From Lama guanicoe (Eukaryota): a DNA stretch of 64,000 nt. Below are positions 12,187 to 24,295 of the stretch, piece by piece. The notes below the pieces were generated by a model, which was given only the letters and a program-made list of their open reading frames with translations, searched no databases and was not told the origin of the DNA. The DNA is taken from NCBI GenBank assembly GCA_013239625.1, contig MU054187.1, positions 13,238,974-13,302,973 on the forward strand, in the 5' to 3' direction. The translations under genes and the position numbers were made by a program. How positions within the stretch are numbered: position 1 is the first letter of the stretch; every line of letters begins with the position of its first letter.

Positions 12187-13279
12187 GACCTCTTTCTCTT
12201 TCCGGAGGCAATCTGGTCTGTTTTCTGATTCATTATCACCCATTTTTACTTTGCCTCCCAAATCTTGACTATGTGATGCAAATTAGTTAGGTTTTATTTT
12301 TCAAGAGGCCAAAACAACCAGGATAGAAGTCAAGTTTTTAATCACCCAGATGTTTGTTCTACACCATGCCAAACTTGGATGTCACAGAGAGCCAGTATCT
12401 GAATTTCAGACTATTAATTCTTAAATCTTTGAATCATATATTTTTCTTCTCACATAAGGACAGACCAAGTACTTAGACATCTCCCCCCTATTGATCTGGC
12501 CTACGGATGTTTATTTTAATTGCTCACAGGTCAAGGCTTATAGTTTGCGTTTCATACCCTCTGTACCTTCACCCACAAGCCAGGATTTCAAAAAGGTTCT
12601 GAGCCAAGTCTGACTCCTTTCCCTCTACTTCAATCAGAAATGCATCAATCCTGTTGTCCTCTGACTGTCCTACAGGCCTTTGTGCTGGACCCAACCATCC
12701 CCAACAGGTGGACCAAAGAAAGCAGAGGGTAAATCCCTTCTGCCTGTTGATCAGGCTCATCCATCTCCTCCTCCCTTCTCTCTGGTGGTGCCCCTTCTCT
12801 AGCTCCCCCATTCGTGCTCTTGCCTTCCTTGACCACATCTCTGATTTAAAAACCTAGTTTTCTATTTATCGTCATGGACTCTAAACCTTCCTTAGCCTCC
12901 CTCTCGACCTGTGACTTCTCAAACAGTGGAATTAGCTCCGCAGAGCTTTGAGCTCTGATACCAGCTGCAGACAACTACCCTGTTATGTCTTGATCCTCAC
13001 ACTTGTCTAGCCAGTGTTACTAGAAGGCCTGCACCACAGTAGACCAACTGTTGGGGACCCACAGGGGTCTAGAATGTTTTTTCTCTATGAAGTTATCACC
13101 TGATTTTCAGCAGTTGTGGGTGGTCAGACACAGAGCCACAAACCCTACCCCAGTTCCTCCGCCATTTAGTATTGTAAATTACATCAGGGAAGGCATCCCT
13201 TCCCTTTTGGAGTCTGGAGCTGATGGATTGGTGAAGTTGAATGAATTGACACTGAGGGAACATTGTCTCATCCAATGTT

Positions 13280-13388
13280 TAGAGGCAGTACAGCATCGTC
13301 AATGAAAAGAGAAGGGGCTCCAGCATCAGATCAGAATTTGAAATTCAGCCGCATTCCTTACCAGCTATGAGAACTTGTGCAAGTTATT
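13280..13388 (+). mobile_element. MIR 5' half (continues at 16742-16881)
   Basis: 'ttaccagctatgagaacttgtgcaagttatt' stops where the second half resumes with 'accttttctgtgcctcagttttctc'. Confidence 0.65.
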
Positions 13389-13429
13389 ATATATACACAT
13401 ATGTGTGTGTGTTTGTATATATACATATA

Positions 13430-16400
13430 TATATCTTTTTAAAAGAAAATATTCTTATAATAGAAAAAAATTTTAATGTATATTAAGTAACAGAACAAAC
13501 CCTGAAATACTTGCGTACTCATAACTGCGCTTCAGCAATTGTCAGTTCATGGCCAATCTTGTTTCATCTCTAACTTCACCCTTTCTTCTCCCTGTATTTG
13601 TTAGAAGCAAATCCCAGGCATTGTATGAGTGCATCAGTAAATATTTCGGTATATACATCTCTAAAAGACAAGATCTCTTTAAAATAAAAACTAACCATAG
13701 TGTCTTGCTAATAAAAGTTAAGACTCCTCAATGTGATCAATATCCAGTAAATGCTCACATTTCTAATTATCTCATGATTTTTTAAAATGTATTTTGAATG
13801 AGGATCCACATAAGATCCATACATTGTGACTGGTCAAAATGTCTAAGATCTCTTGTAATTTATCTTTTTCCTCCATCACATTTCTTCCCTTAAATTTATC
13901 CGACTGGATTATCTGTCCTGTAAGGTTTTCCATCATCTGAATTTTAATTAGTGCAGAACTGTGCTATCATTCAACAGGTTGCTTTATCTAATTTCCTGTA
14001 AACTGGTATTTGGATCCAGAGGCTTGAAAAGTTTCAAGTTTTTTTTTTTTAATGTGTGTGGTTTTTGGTTGTTTTATTTTGGTTTTTGGTTTTTTTGTGT
14101 GTTTTTTTGGTGAGAGGACTTCATAAGTAGTGTTATGTTCTTCCATCAACAGGCACGTAATTTCTGGTTCTCTTTTTTGTGATATTAACAGCCATCATTG
14201 ATCCACTAATCCACTAGTGGCTGCAAAATGGTGATATTTGAAACCTGTCATTCCTCTCATTTATCAGCTAGAATATCTCTATTAGGAGAAACTTACCCTC
14301 ATCTGCTATTGGGTTATCCAAAGGTGTAGTCTGCATGGAAAGGCCAGTTTTCAAAATAAAGAGTTGACATTTGAGCATCATTCAACAATGACCAATAAGT
14401 TTATCTTTATGAACTTATATATATAAACGTGTCCAAAATGCTTGAATCTGATTGCAATTATTACCCTTATCTATCCTAATACATTTTTGACCAGTGAGTG
14501 ACTCTTTGAGTTGATTCCTATGTTCTTTGACGTGATTTAAGTCTTCTTCTATAGCTTCATTGCAATGTAGCATGATAAACTGATTCAGATTCATAATGTA
14601 TATTTCTTTCTAAAACCTGGAAATCATTGCAATCTTCACTGAATCTCCCTGGTAGCGGGAAACTGTATTTGGAAATTATAATTTGGGCACGAAGAGTATT
14701 CATTGTTACTAATCATTATTTCTGGGTCTTTTTAGCAAACACATCTAGGGAAATTTTTGTCTTAAGTAGAATTCATCATAAGTTTAAATAATTCCAATCC
14801 AAATTGAGGACTGGCAGGATTTATTTTAACCTTTTGATCTCAAGTCGGAATCTCCTTTACCCCATGCTCAGAATTTGAGTTCTAGTGACACAGACTGATA
14901 GAATTAAAATACCATATACTTCTCATTTTCTGTCTCCCGTAATACACACAAAATCATTCAAAATAACAAAAAAAAAATTAATACCAACCATATGATTAAT
15001 GAAAATAGTATAAGATTTTTTTCTTGCAGTTTCAAAAATTTTTCTTCCAAGATATATTGTATTAAAGATTGTAATCAAATAACTGTTTTTTAGCCACTTT
15101 GAACTTCTGGGTGGTTGTGCTACCAACTAATTCACCCCATTTTTATTTTATGGACATTTTTACTTTAAATTTTTAAGATTATGTAAAATATTTACACAGT
15201 CTAAGTCAAACCTATAAAATAAATCTTGTTTCGATCCTTGACTGTGTCTCCTTATTTCCCCTCTCCCCCTTTATGCAACCACTCTTTTCATTCTATGTCT
15301 TCTTTCCTGTATTAATTTTCTATTTCTACCATAAAAATTACCATAAACTTTGTGGCTTTAAAACAATACAAATTTGGTTTCTATAGTTGAGTAGGTTGGA
15401 AGTCTGACACAGCTTTCACTGGGAAAAATTGATCCTTCAGAGGGCTGTGTGCCTTTCTGAAGTCTCTGTGGTAAAACCCAACTCCTTACTTTTTGCAGGG
15501 AGCCATCCATGCTCCTTGCCCAGTGGCCTCTTTCCTCCATCTTCAAAGTCAGCAATCTTGCATCTCTTTGACCATTCTTCTGTAGCCACATCTCCTTCTA
15601 ACTCTCCTTTCCTGCCTCCATCTTGATCCTTGGGATACTCTGGGCCCACCTCAATAACCCAGGACAATCTCCCAACTGAAGGTCCTTAATTTAACCATAT
15701 CTGAAAAGTTCCTTTTGCCATGTAAGGTAACATATTTCGAGTTCCAGGGATTAAGACCTTGACATCATTGGGGAAACCATTATTTGGCCTGTCACAGCTC
15801 TCCAACTTCTTAGATGAGTAGGTGCATGCTACACACATTTTCTCCATCTTGCTCTTTGCATTTAACAGCACATCCACTCCAGAGTAGTGTATAGATATAT
15901 CTCCCACTTCTTCACTCTTTACAGCTACATAGCATTCTAATATGAGCATAAATCTTGATGTGTCCAACCAGCCCCCTGTTAATGTACATTTGATTTTGTT
16001 TCTAGTTTATACTATTATGAATATCCTATGATAAATGGCCCTGTGAATTTATCTTTTTGTATTCTTACACTGTGCCCGTGGAATAGATTCCTAAAAGTGG
16101 GTTTGCTTAAAGAGTAAAATAAGTGTGTATTTTTTTCTAGAGACTACAAGTTTCTTGACAAATGGCTATGTCATTTGCATCCACACCACAAACATATGGG
16201 AGTGCTATTACATTTGAATATGTTGCCAAACTTTTGGATTTTTGCCAACCTCAGTATGCTTTTAATTTCCATTTCTCTTATGGGTTATTTGTGTCTATGT
16301 TCATATGGCTAAGGAACAATTTGAAGTTCATGTTCTGTGTGTTCTATGTTTGCATTTCCTACCTATTTTTCTATAAGGTTTTCCATCTCCTTTTCCTCCC

Positions 16401-16735
16401 TTTTTGAAAGCTCTTTATAAATTAGGATGGTCCCTGTTCTGGATTATAACTTGTAAGTATTTTTCCAAGTTTGATTTGGTACTTTCACTTTTCACACTTT
16501 ATCTTTTGCTAGGCAACAATTTTTATTTTATGTGATTAAATTTATCTGTATTTTTCCTTTATTTCTTCTGGATTTTGAATCACTTCAGAGCATAAATGAA
16601 TTCACTTTTTCTTCTAATGTTTTTATAGTTTAATTTTTATATTTAAATATCTGAAACATGTGGAATTTATCCTAGTGTAGAGTGTGAGAAATGGATTCAC
16701 ATCTACTTTTCCATATGCTCTCTAGTTACTCCATT
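13430..16735 (-). mobile_element. Old L1M (L1MC/MD-like) 3' region, interrupted by an MLT1 LTR
   Basis: T-rich antisense L1 3' UTR and ORF2-end motifs, e.g. 'tttgcatccacaccacaaacatatgggagtg'. Confidence 0.7.
15308..15796 (-). mobile_element. MaLR solo LTR (MLT1D-like)
   Basis: TG...CA ends; minus strand 'atgttaccttacatggcaaaaggaacttttcagat' is a typical MLT1D motif. Confidence 0.8.
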
Positions 16736-16741
16736 TGGAAA

Positions 16742-16881
16742 TTCTTTACCTTTTCTGTGCCTCAGTTTTCTCAGCTATAAAATCAGTATGCTAATAGCAC
16801 TTACTTCAGAGTTTAAATGAACTAATGCATATGTATCACTTAGCATGACGCCTGGCACGTGGTGAAAGCTTAATAAATGTT
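16742..16881 (+). mobile_element. MIR 3' half
   Basis: Core 'cctcagttttctcagctataaaat' and tail 'cttagcatgacgcctggcacgtggt...aataaatgtt'. Confidence 0.75.
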
Positions 16882-19800
16882 ATTTATGATGATGATGATG
16901 TTGACATAGAAAATAATTCAGTGGTTCTAGTCCCTTATTTGTGCCCAAGGTCAAGTCACCCTTGATAATTAGCATAATCTTAATTTTTTAGTCTGGTGGA
17001 ATGCTGTGTTTTGGTCTTATTTTTGAGATTCAGTAACTAGTCCTTTTGCCTGATTTGCTAACCTGGATACTCTTCCTTGATTTCCAGGCTAGCCCCTGGC
17101 TGAGTTTCCTACCTTCCTCCTAGGACAAGAGCCCTCTCTGTCTTACTGTTTCCAGGACCTTTCTGTGAATTCATCAACTTCATGAACTGATTCTCCTGAT
17201 GCTGACTACTCATCTGGATTTCTGATACTGGCCCCTCCCTCCATCATCTTGTTGGGATTCTGTCTAATTCCTGGGAAATCCAAATAACATGTGTGAAAAC
17301 TGCTGACTTTTGCTCACCTGGACATTGGCTACCCTTGCCTTGGAGACCAGGTTTTGCTTACCAAACTCCTCTCTGATGAACATGTAACTGATTCAGAGTC
17401 TCCTCTCCTCTCATCATGGCACCAGGAGTGGGGAGGTGGGGTGGGGTTTAGGTGTGTTGAGGTGGCTTAGCCAGTAACAGGGCATGTGGTTAGAACAGGG
17501 ATTGTGTTCCAACAAGGTGAGCCTAAGGTGGGGGGGATTATACTCTGGGTAAAGGATCCTTACTCGTGGGTAAAGGATCTGAAACCAAAGGGTTAAGACA
17601 AACTAAGCCCTGTAGAAGAAAACAAAAGCCAGGATATAGGGCTGCAAGGTCAAGAGTTCAAAGTTTGCAAGAAGATGCAATTGTTTCTAATATCCAAATA
17701 TACGATGTGTGGCTGCACCCTGCTGGCTCCAAGGACCAGGATAGAGAGAACAGTTTCCGTAACGTCTGTCTTACCTGATGACTAGGCTTGGTTACAAACG
17801 TATTCCTTGTCCGTATGCCCTCCAATTTATATTGAATTCCTGATTGTGTCACAAGACAGGACGAACCATGTGTTTTCCGTTGATAAGTAATATCCAGCTT
17901 CATTAGACAAAGTTATGTCTTGAGTGAAGTACACATTTACATATCATCAGAGTCATCAGCTGCCACTGCAGTGTGATTTGAGGATTCCTTGAAGACTTCC
18001 TAACTTAAAACACCTCTTCCTTACACAACTTTTTTCCAGATGCTTTACTCGCTCATGTCTATTTGCGACGTATACCTCCTACTTGAATGACGACACCTCC
18101 ATCTCTGCCTTCCCCACTTTCATTGTCTTGATTGCTGCCAGAACAACACTGAAGACATTAAAGATATGATTAATCCACTCTCCTAATTTAAAGTCCAATG
18201 AATGGTTCCCTCTGCTTTCAGAATTCTTCAGCCTGATGTTACAGAAATACATTTACACTCAATGCTCAGATGAGGTGCCACATTTATTTATTTTTAAAAT
18301 CAACTCACACCAGTATGAACCCCCACTGATTGAGGTTGTTAGTCCAGTGTCTGTAATTTTTCACACTTTGTGGGTGGTGCCTCCAACTTTGCATTGTAGT
18401 AAAATTCTAAAACTTAAACAGTTTAGGTTACTTGGAGGAAGAAGCCTCTGAGCATCACCAGGCATCCTGGTCATGCTGAAGACACTCCTTGTCTAGGTCT
18501 TCATGGTCCATTCAGGAGCTGGTGCTCATTGGCTCCATATCAAGTTTGACCTCTAGGGTATTTGACGGGGCCTTGGAGCTTGGACCCAGACTCCACATGG
18601 ACTGGTGCATCCACTCCTACAGGAAGTCTGACCTCTCCTGCTTCTACTTGCCTTGTGTCTGGAAAGTCCACAGTTGCTATTAACCCTGAAGTCACGGAGT
18701 CAGGATCTGAAGTGTGTGTGCGTCTGTGTGTGTCACCTGAATGCCAAGATTACTAATATCTTCACATAGAGCCCAGAGTTGCAGAATCAACAACACATTC
18801 TTTAGGGAGGGGGGCAAATTACCTTTTCATATTTTATGAGAGTTTATTCTAGCAAAAAACCCAAAACACAGAAGTGATTAAATCAAAGTACAGAGTATTA
18901 TACTTACTTATTAATAATTGATACTTCATCCAACCTAACATACTATTGATTATGAGATACATCATTACTCTATGTACTACTCTGAAAGAAAAAAATGCCA
19001 ATTAAACTGTGGCGTAATGCTTTTTATCACTTAGAATTCTTAATTTATATTTATTGAAAGAATGTTGTCAGATTTACTTCTCAAATACCAAGGGTAAGCC
19101 CCGCTACTCTGTTTCTGTGCCTTTCTGCATAAACAAAAACCCTTTTTGCTTCAAAGCTGATGAATTAAGTGTAGTTTTTAAAAGAAATTTTAATGGCATG
19201 AACCCAACATGTTGTACATTAACTCAGCTGAAACCTGGAACAGCCATGACATGTGCCAGCAAATAACAGCAACCTCCCAAATGACAGTTACTGAAAGAGA
19301 CCATCATGTGAAGGAGGCATCTCAGTCTCAGGGATGTTAAAATGTGAAAGCACGTGCATCTTGTAATTACTGGAATACAATACAGCTCTATATGTCTGTG
19401 TCTGCCTCTACAGCTTATCTTTCACAATCTACTCCCTCGCACCCCTGTGCCTCACAGCCACACCAAAGCGCTGACAGTACTCTGCATATTACAAGTTATT
19501 TTATGCCCCCACGCCTTTCCACCTACAGTGCCCACTTTCTGGAAGTTCCTCATCCTTCCTCTTGGCTGTAAGCTCAACTCATACTCATCTCTCCAGCCAG
19601 AGCTCTCGTGTTTCTTCACTTGAGAAAACATCTCTTCCCCTCAAGCATAGCTCCCTCCCTCATGCTCACCCAAGCCTGGTACGTGTTTCTGTTCCCGCAC
19701 GAACACAGAGGTTGGGAATTTCCTCTGCTCCACCGGAACTCCTGAAGAGCAGGAGTTTTCTTGTTTATATTTTGATTCCCTGATGTCTTGCGTGGTATTT

Positions 19801-21267
19801 ATATACAACAGACTCTAAACCAATCTTCAATAAATGATTGGATAGTTTGTCAGATAGGTTTTCAGTCCAGAACAGGTTGTCAGGGACAGTAAAATGTGAC
19901 GAAGACAAGGACAGAGGCAGATTCTGTGTAATAAGAATCACAAGAGCTAAAGCTGGATCCTCAAACAAATATTTTAACTTGTACAAGATTTATATGAGCC
20001 AATAGCACGTTCTTAGGTCTATTTTCAGCAAAACCGCTTTTACTAGCTAAGCAATTACCATTCCTGGCATACTTAGTGGCCGGTGTTAGGAGAAAAAAGA
20101 GGTTACAGTGTTGAGTGAGATCTTATCAGTTAAGATCGTCTGTTAAGCACAGTGTGTTCATAATTCTGATTTGCATGCACAGTTTAATATCAGCTTCATT
20201 AATCTTATCAAGCTATTTTTCTTGACCTCCTGCTTGTTGTAAAAGAATTCTAAATGAACAATGTGGTTTTGCACCCAAAAAATGATGTTCTTTCAGATGT
20301 AAGGCATGTGTTTCAAAGACACTTTGCTGTTCAAAAAAGAGTCATATCAAAAAGGCTTGAGCAATATAAATGTGAAAGATCTCTAGTTTATAATTAACAT
20401 CCTGCATTCTGTTATGAAAATCAACTGATAGGCCAGTATTTATTTAAAATGTCCATTGACTATGTTTTATTCTCTTCTGAAGGATCGAAGATACTCATCA
20501 GAGATCTACTGTCAAGTGTGGGTGTCTCTTAAATAGAAATTGCATAGTACAGACCTCATCCAAAGTAGCTGTTTGGATGAGACAAACTGAGTACAGAAGA
20601 GCTGACATTTCTAAGCTGTTCTGATCTGTTGTGTGTACTAAATATGACAAGCTTAAGTAGATCCAAAGTGGATAATATTTTTAATCTTCCAGCTATTTAT
20701 ACAGTAACTTTACAGTCTGTGTTTCAGTTTCAAGCAGAAAATAATATACAATATAGATGTAATTTATATTTATCACCAAAAAAATCATATACACTATACC
20801 ATTTCATTATATTTAGTATATGGGGAAAAAATTGAAATAGCTTTTTGAGAGCAGTTGGTAAGTATTTGTGTGCCAAGGATGAATCAATGTTTATTATACA
20901 ACCATTTTACTTTTATGGTTTCTTAATTTTAGGGGTGGTTAATTATACAGAAACTTAAGTTGTCTGTATCTATAAAGTTATTCATAAGTGGGCAATAAAC
21001 ATTTTATCTGTCTCCTACTCTCTTATAGATATAGTTGAGTTGAATCTAAGAGAAGTAAATTTAATATATGACACCTAAGAAGTGGGAGAAATCTGCCGTG
21101 ATTTACTAACTTTTAAATATTGTGTACCAATTCCACACAAAAAAAATCAGTTAATACAGGATCGCTGATATTGAAAGTCTGGTTTAGAGCCTCCGTGTAG
21201 AAATGTCACTTACAATGAAAATATGAACATAAATCTCTTAGATTTTGTAATTTAAAAATGCAAGTAA

Positions 21268-22502
21268 TATACTAGTTCTATTTTCAGTTTTTCAGGGAAC
21301 TTCCATACTATTTTCCACATTGCTCAAATTTACATTCCCACCAACAGTGTACGAGGGTTCCCTTTTCTCCACGTTCTTGCCAACAATTGTTATTTGTGTT
21401 CTTTTTTGTTGTTGTTGTTGGCCTTTCTCTCTTTCTTTCTTTCTTTCTTTCTTTCTTTTATTGTCAGTTACAATGTGTCAATTTCTGGTGTACAGCAAAA
21501 TGTTTCAGTCATATACCAACGTATGTATAATTGTTTTCAAATTCTTTGTTGGCCATTCTTTTTTTTTTAACATTTTTTACTGATTTGTAATCATTTTACA
21601 ATGTTGTGTCAGATTTGTGTTCTTTTTGACGATAGCCGTTCTGACAGGTGTGAGGTGATGTCTCACTGTGCTTTTAATTTGCATTTTCCTGATTAACGAT
21701 GTTAAGCATCTTTACACGTGCCTGTTATCCATCTGCATTTTCTCTTTGGAAAATTCAATTCTTCTGCCCATTTTTAATCGGGTTATTTCTTTGATGTTGG
21801 TGGTACTAGCTGTTTATATATGTTGGATATTAATCCCTTATCGGTCATATCATTTACAAACATTTTCTCCCACTCAGTAGGTTGTCTTTTCATTTTGTTT
21901 ACGGTTTCTTTTGCCGTGCAAAAGCTTTTAGGTTTAATTAGGTCCCGTATGCTGTTGCTGTTGTTTCCTTTAGGTGATGGACCCAAAAAATTACTGCTCT
22001 GATTTATGTCAAAGAGTGTTCTGCATATGTTTTCCTCTAAGAGTTTTATAGTATCCAGTCTTATGTTTAGGTCTTTAATCCATTTTGAGTTTATTTTTGT
22101 ATACAATGTTAGAGAATGTTCTTTCTTTTACACAAGCTGTCCAGTTTTCCCACACCACTTATTGAAGAAACTGTCATTTCTCCATTGTATATTCTTGCTT
22201 CCTTTGTCACAGATTAATTGACCATAAGTGCATGGGTTTATTTCTGGGCTCTCTGACCTGTTCCATTGATCTGTGTGTCTTTTTTTGTGCCAGTACCATA
22301 CTCTTTTGATTAGTATACCTCTGTAGTGTTGTCTGAAGTCAGCTCTGTTCTTCTTCCTCAAGATTGTTTTAACTATTGAGGGTCTTTTGTGTTTCTGTAC
22401 AAATTTTTAAATTATTTGTTCTGGTTCTGTGAAAAATGCCATTGGTATTTTGATAGGGATTTCATTGACTGTAGATTGCCTTGGGTAGTATGGTCATTTT
22501 AA
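21268..22502 (-). mobile_element. Inverted 5' segment of a twin-primed L1 (ORF2 C-terminal region)
   Basis: Minus ORFs YTKINSKWIKDLNIRLDTIKLLEENI and [15 protein letters not shown] are L1 ORF2p. Confidence 0.9.
21407..21612 (-). mobile_element. Two nested short L1 3' ends
   Basis: Outer TSD ATTTGTGTTCTTTTT (21392-21406, 21613-21627); inner TSD TTGTTGGCC(T/A)TTCT (21415-21428, 21546-21559). Confidence 0.8.
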
Positions 22503-22662
22503 TCATATGACCCAGCAATTCTACTCCTGGGTATGTATATAAAAAACCCCACTAATTCAAGAAGATACATGCACCCCAATGTTCCTAGCAGCATTATTTA
22601 CAATAGCCAGGATATGGAAGCAACCTGTGTCCATCAACAATGAGTGGATAAAGAAGATGTGG

Positions 22663-22715
<53 letters not shown>

Positions 22716-23128
22716 ACCATGGAATACTTCTCAGCCATAAAAAAGAATGAAATTTTGCCATTTGCAGCAACATGGATGAACTTAGAGGGCATTATGCTAA
22801 GTGAAATAAGTCAGAGAAAGGCAAATAATGCATGATATCATTTATATGTGGAATCTAAAAAATACAATAAGCTAGTGAATATAACAAAAAAACAGATTCA
22901 CAGATACAGAAAACAAACTAGTAGTTACCAGTGGAGAGTGGGGAGGCACAATAGAGGGGTGAGGGAGTGGGAGGTATAAACTACTGGGTGTAAGGTAGGC
23001 TACAGGGGGGTACTGTACAACATGAGGAATATAGCCAATATTTCATAATAATGGTAAATGGAGTGTGATCTTTAAAAATTTTAAAAATATTAAATTTTTG
23101 TATAAGAATAAAAAATAAAATTAAAAAA
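22503..23128 (+). mobile_element. Sense 3' segment of the twin-primed L1, with A-rich tail
   Basis: 'catatgacccagcaatt...'; [27 protein letters not shown] is the ORF2 C-terminus; G-rich 3' UTR tract. Confidence 0.9.
22666..22710. repeat. (AC)n microsatellite inside L1
   Basis: About 22 uninterrupted AC units. Confidence 0.95.
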
Positions 23129-23129
23129 T

Positions 23130-24295
23130 ATAATTTTACTTAAATCCAGAACTGATAAAAGATGAGAATTGTCAGATTCAGAAAGGATAATAATCCAAAT
23201 AAAATAAATAAAAATTATTCTACACCACATACATTGTAGTGAAATATAATACTAAAAACATAATTTAAAGGATTAAAAGAAGCAACCAAAACAAAAAGAT
23301 AGTTAAATTAACAGCTGTTTTTTCATTGGTAACAATAAAAGTGAGAGAACAATGGAATATCTTTCAAGTGCTAAAAGAATATAACTGTCAATATAGAATT
23401 TTATAGTCAGTAAAATTATCTTTGAATAACAAGTGTAAAATCAAATCATTATCAGAGAAACAAAAGCTTGGAGTATTTACCACTTTGACACTATCCTAAA
23501 AGAACTTCTAAATTATCTATTTCAGGCCAAAGGACAATGATCCCAAAGCAAGGCCAGAGATTCAAGAAAAACTGGTAGCAAAGAAAATGGCAAAGATGTG
23601 TGTAAATCTGAAAAGAACACTGACTCTATAACACTATAAAAATAATGTTTAGCCTGGAAAGTTAAGCAATGAGAGAAAACAAAAAGATTTATATGATAAC
23701 GTGTGCTGGGATGTGGGTGGGTGATCAGCTGACCCATTCTAAAATCCTTGTGTGATCTGATAGGAAGTTAAAGGTTTTGATTAATTTTATATTTCAGTAA
23801 ATGTTCATGTTAGAATTTTAAGAGTAACCATAACCCCTGGAAAAAAACTGTAATAGACTGTGGAAGTTTCATGCTATTATACAGAAAATGTAGAATAAAA
23901 AAATTGAAAACTCAATCTACATCAGAGAAGATAAAAATAAGACTGCAGTAGAAACAAATTTAAATGTACCAGGAATCACAACATATTATTTTGAGATCTG
24001 CATGCATATTATAAAACGATGATAAAAGCAAAGGAATGATAGACCAAAATTTCATGATAATATTTCCTTGGGAGTGGCAACGTTGAAAGCTATCATAAAA
24101 AAGTACAACAAAGAGTTTCAAGTGCATCGGCAAAATTCTATTTCTTAAGCTGGGTGGTGCATACACAGATGTTTCTCTGTCTCTTTATCTCTCTCTCTTT
24201 ATCTCTCTCTCTCTCTCATTCTATATATCCATATAAATATGCATATTACATTTATTTTCATGTGTTTTAAAATAGTTCACAATAAATTTCAAAAG
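23130..24295 (+). mobile_element. Old L1M fragments (ORF1-like region and 3' end)
   Basis: 'acaatggaatatctttcaagtgctaaaaga...tagaattttatagtcagtaaaattatc' resembles the ORF1 3' end; 'ctatttcttaagctgggtggtg' resembles an L1ME 3' UTR. Confidence 0.65.

Noticed and set aside
17541..17580. Short direct repeats (also 25806-25831, 46094-46150, 52731-52773)
   Set aside because: Two or three adjacent copies with no unique spacers: slippage duplications, not a CRISPR-like array
20119..20192. U2 snRNA-like words (tcttatcagtt, cagtttaatatc)
   Set aside because: Two short non-contiguous matches with no flanking U2 similarity
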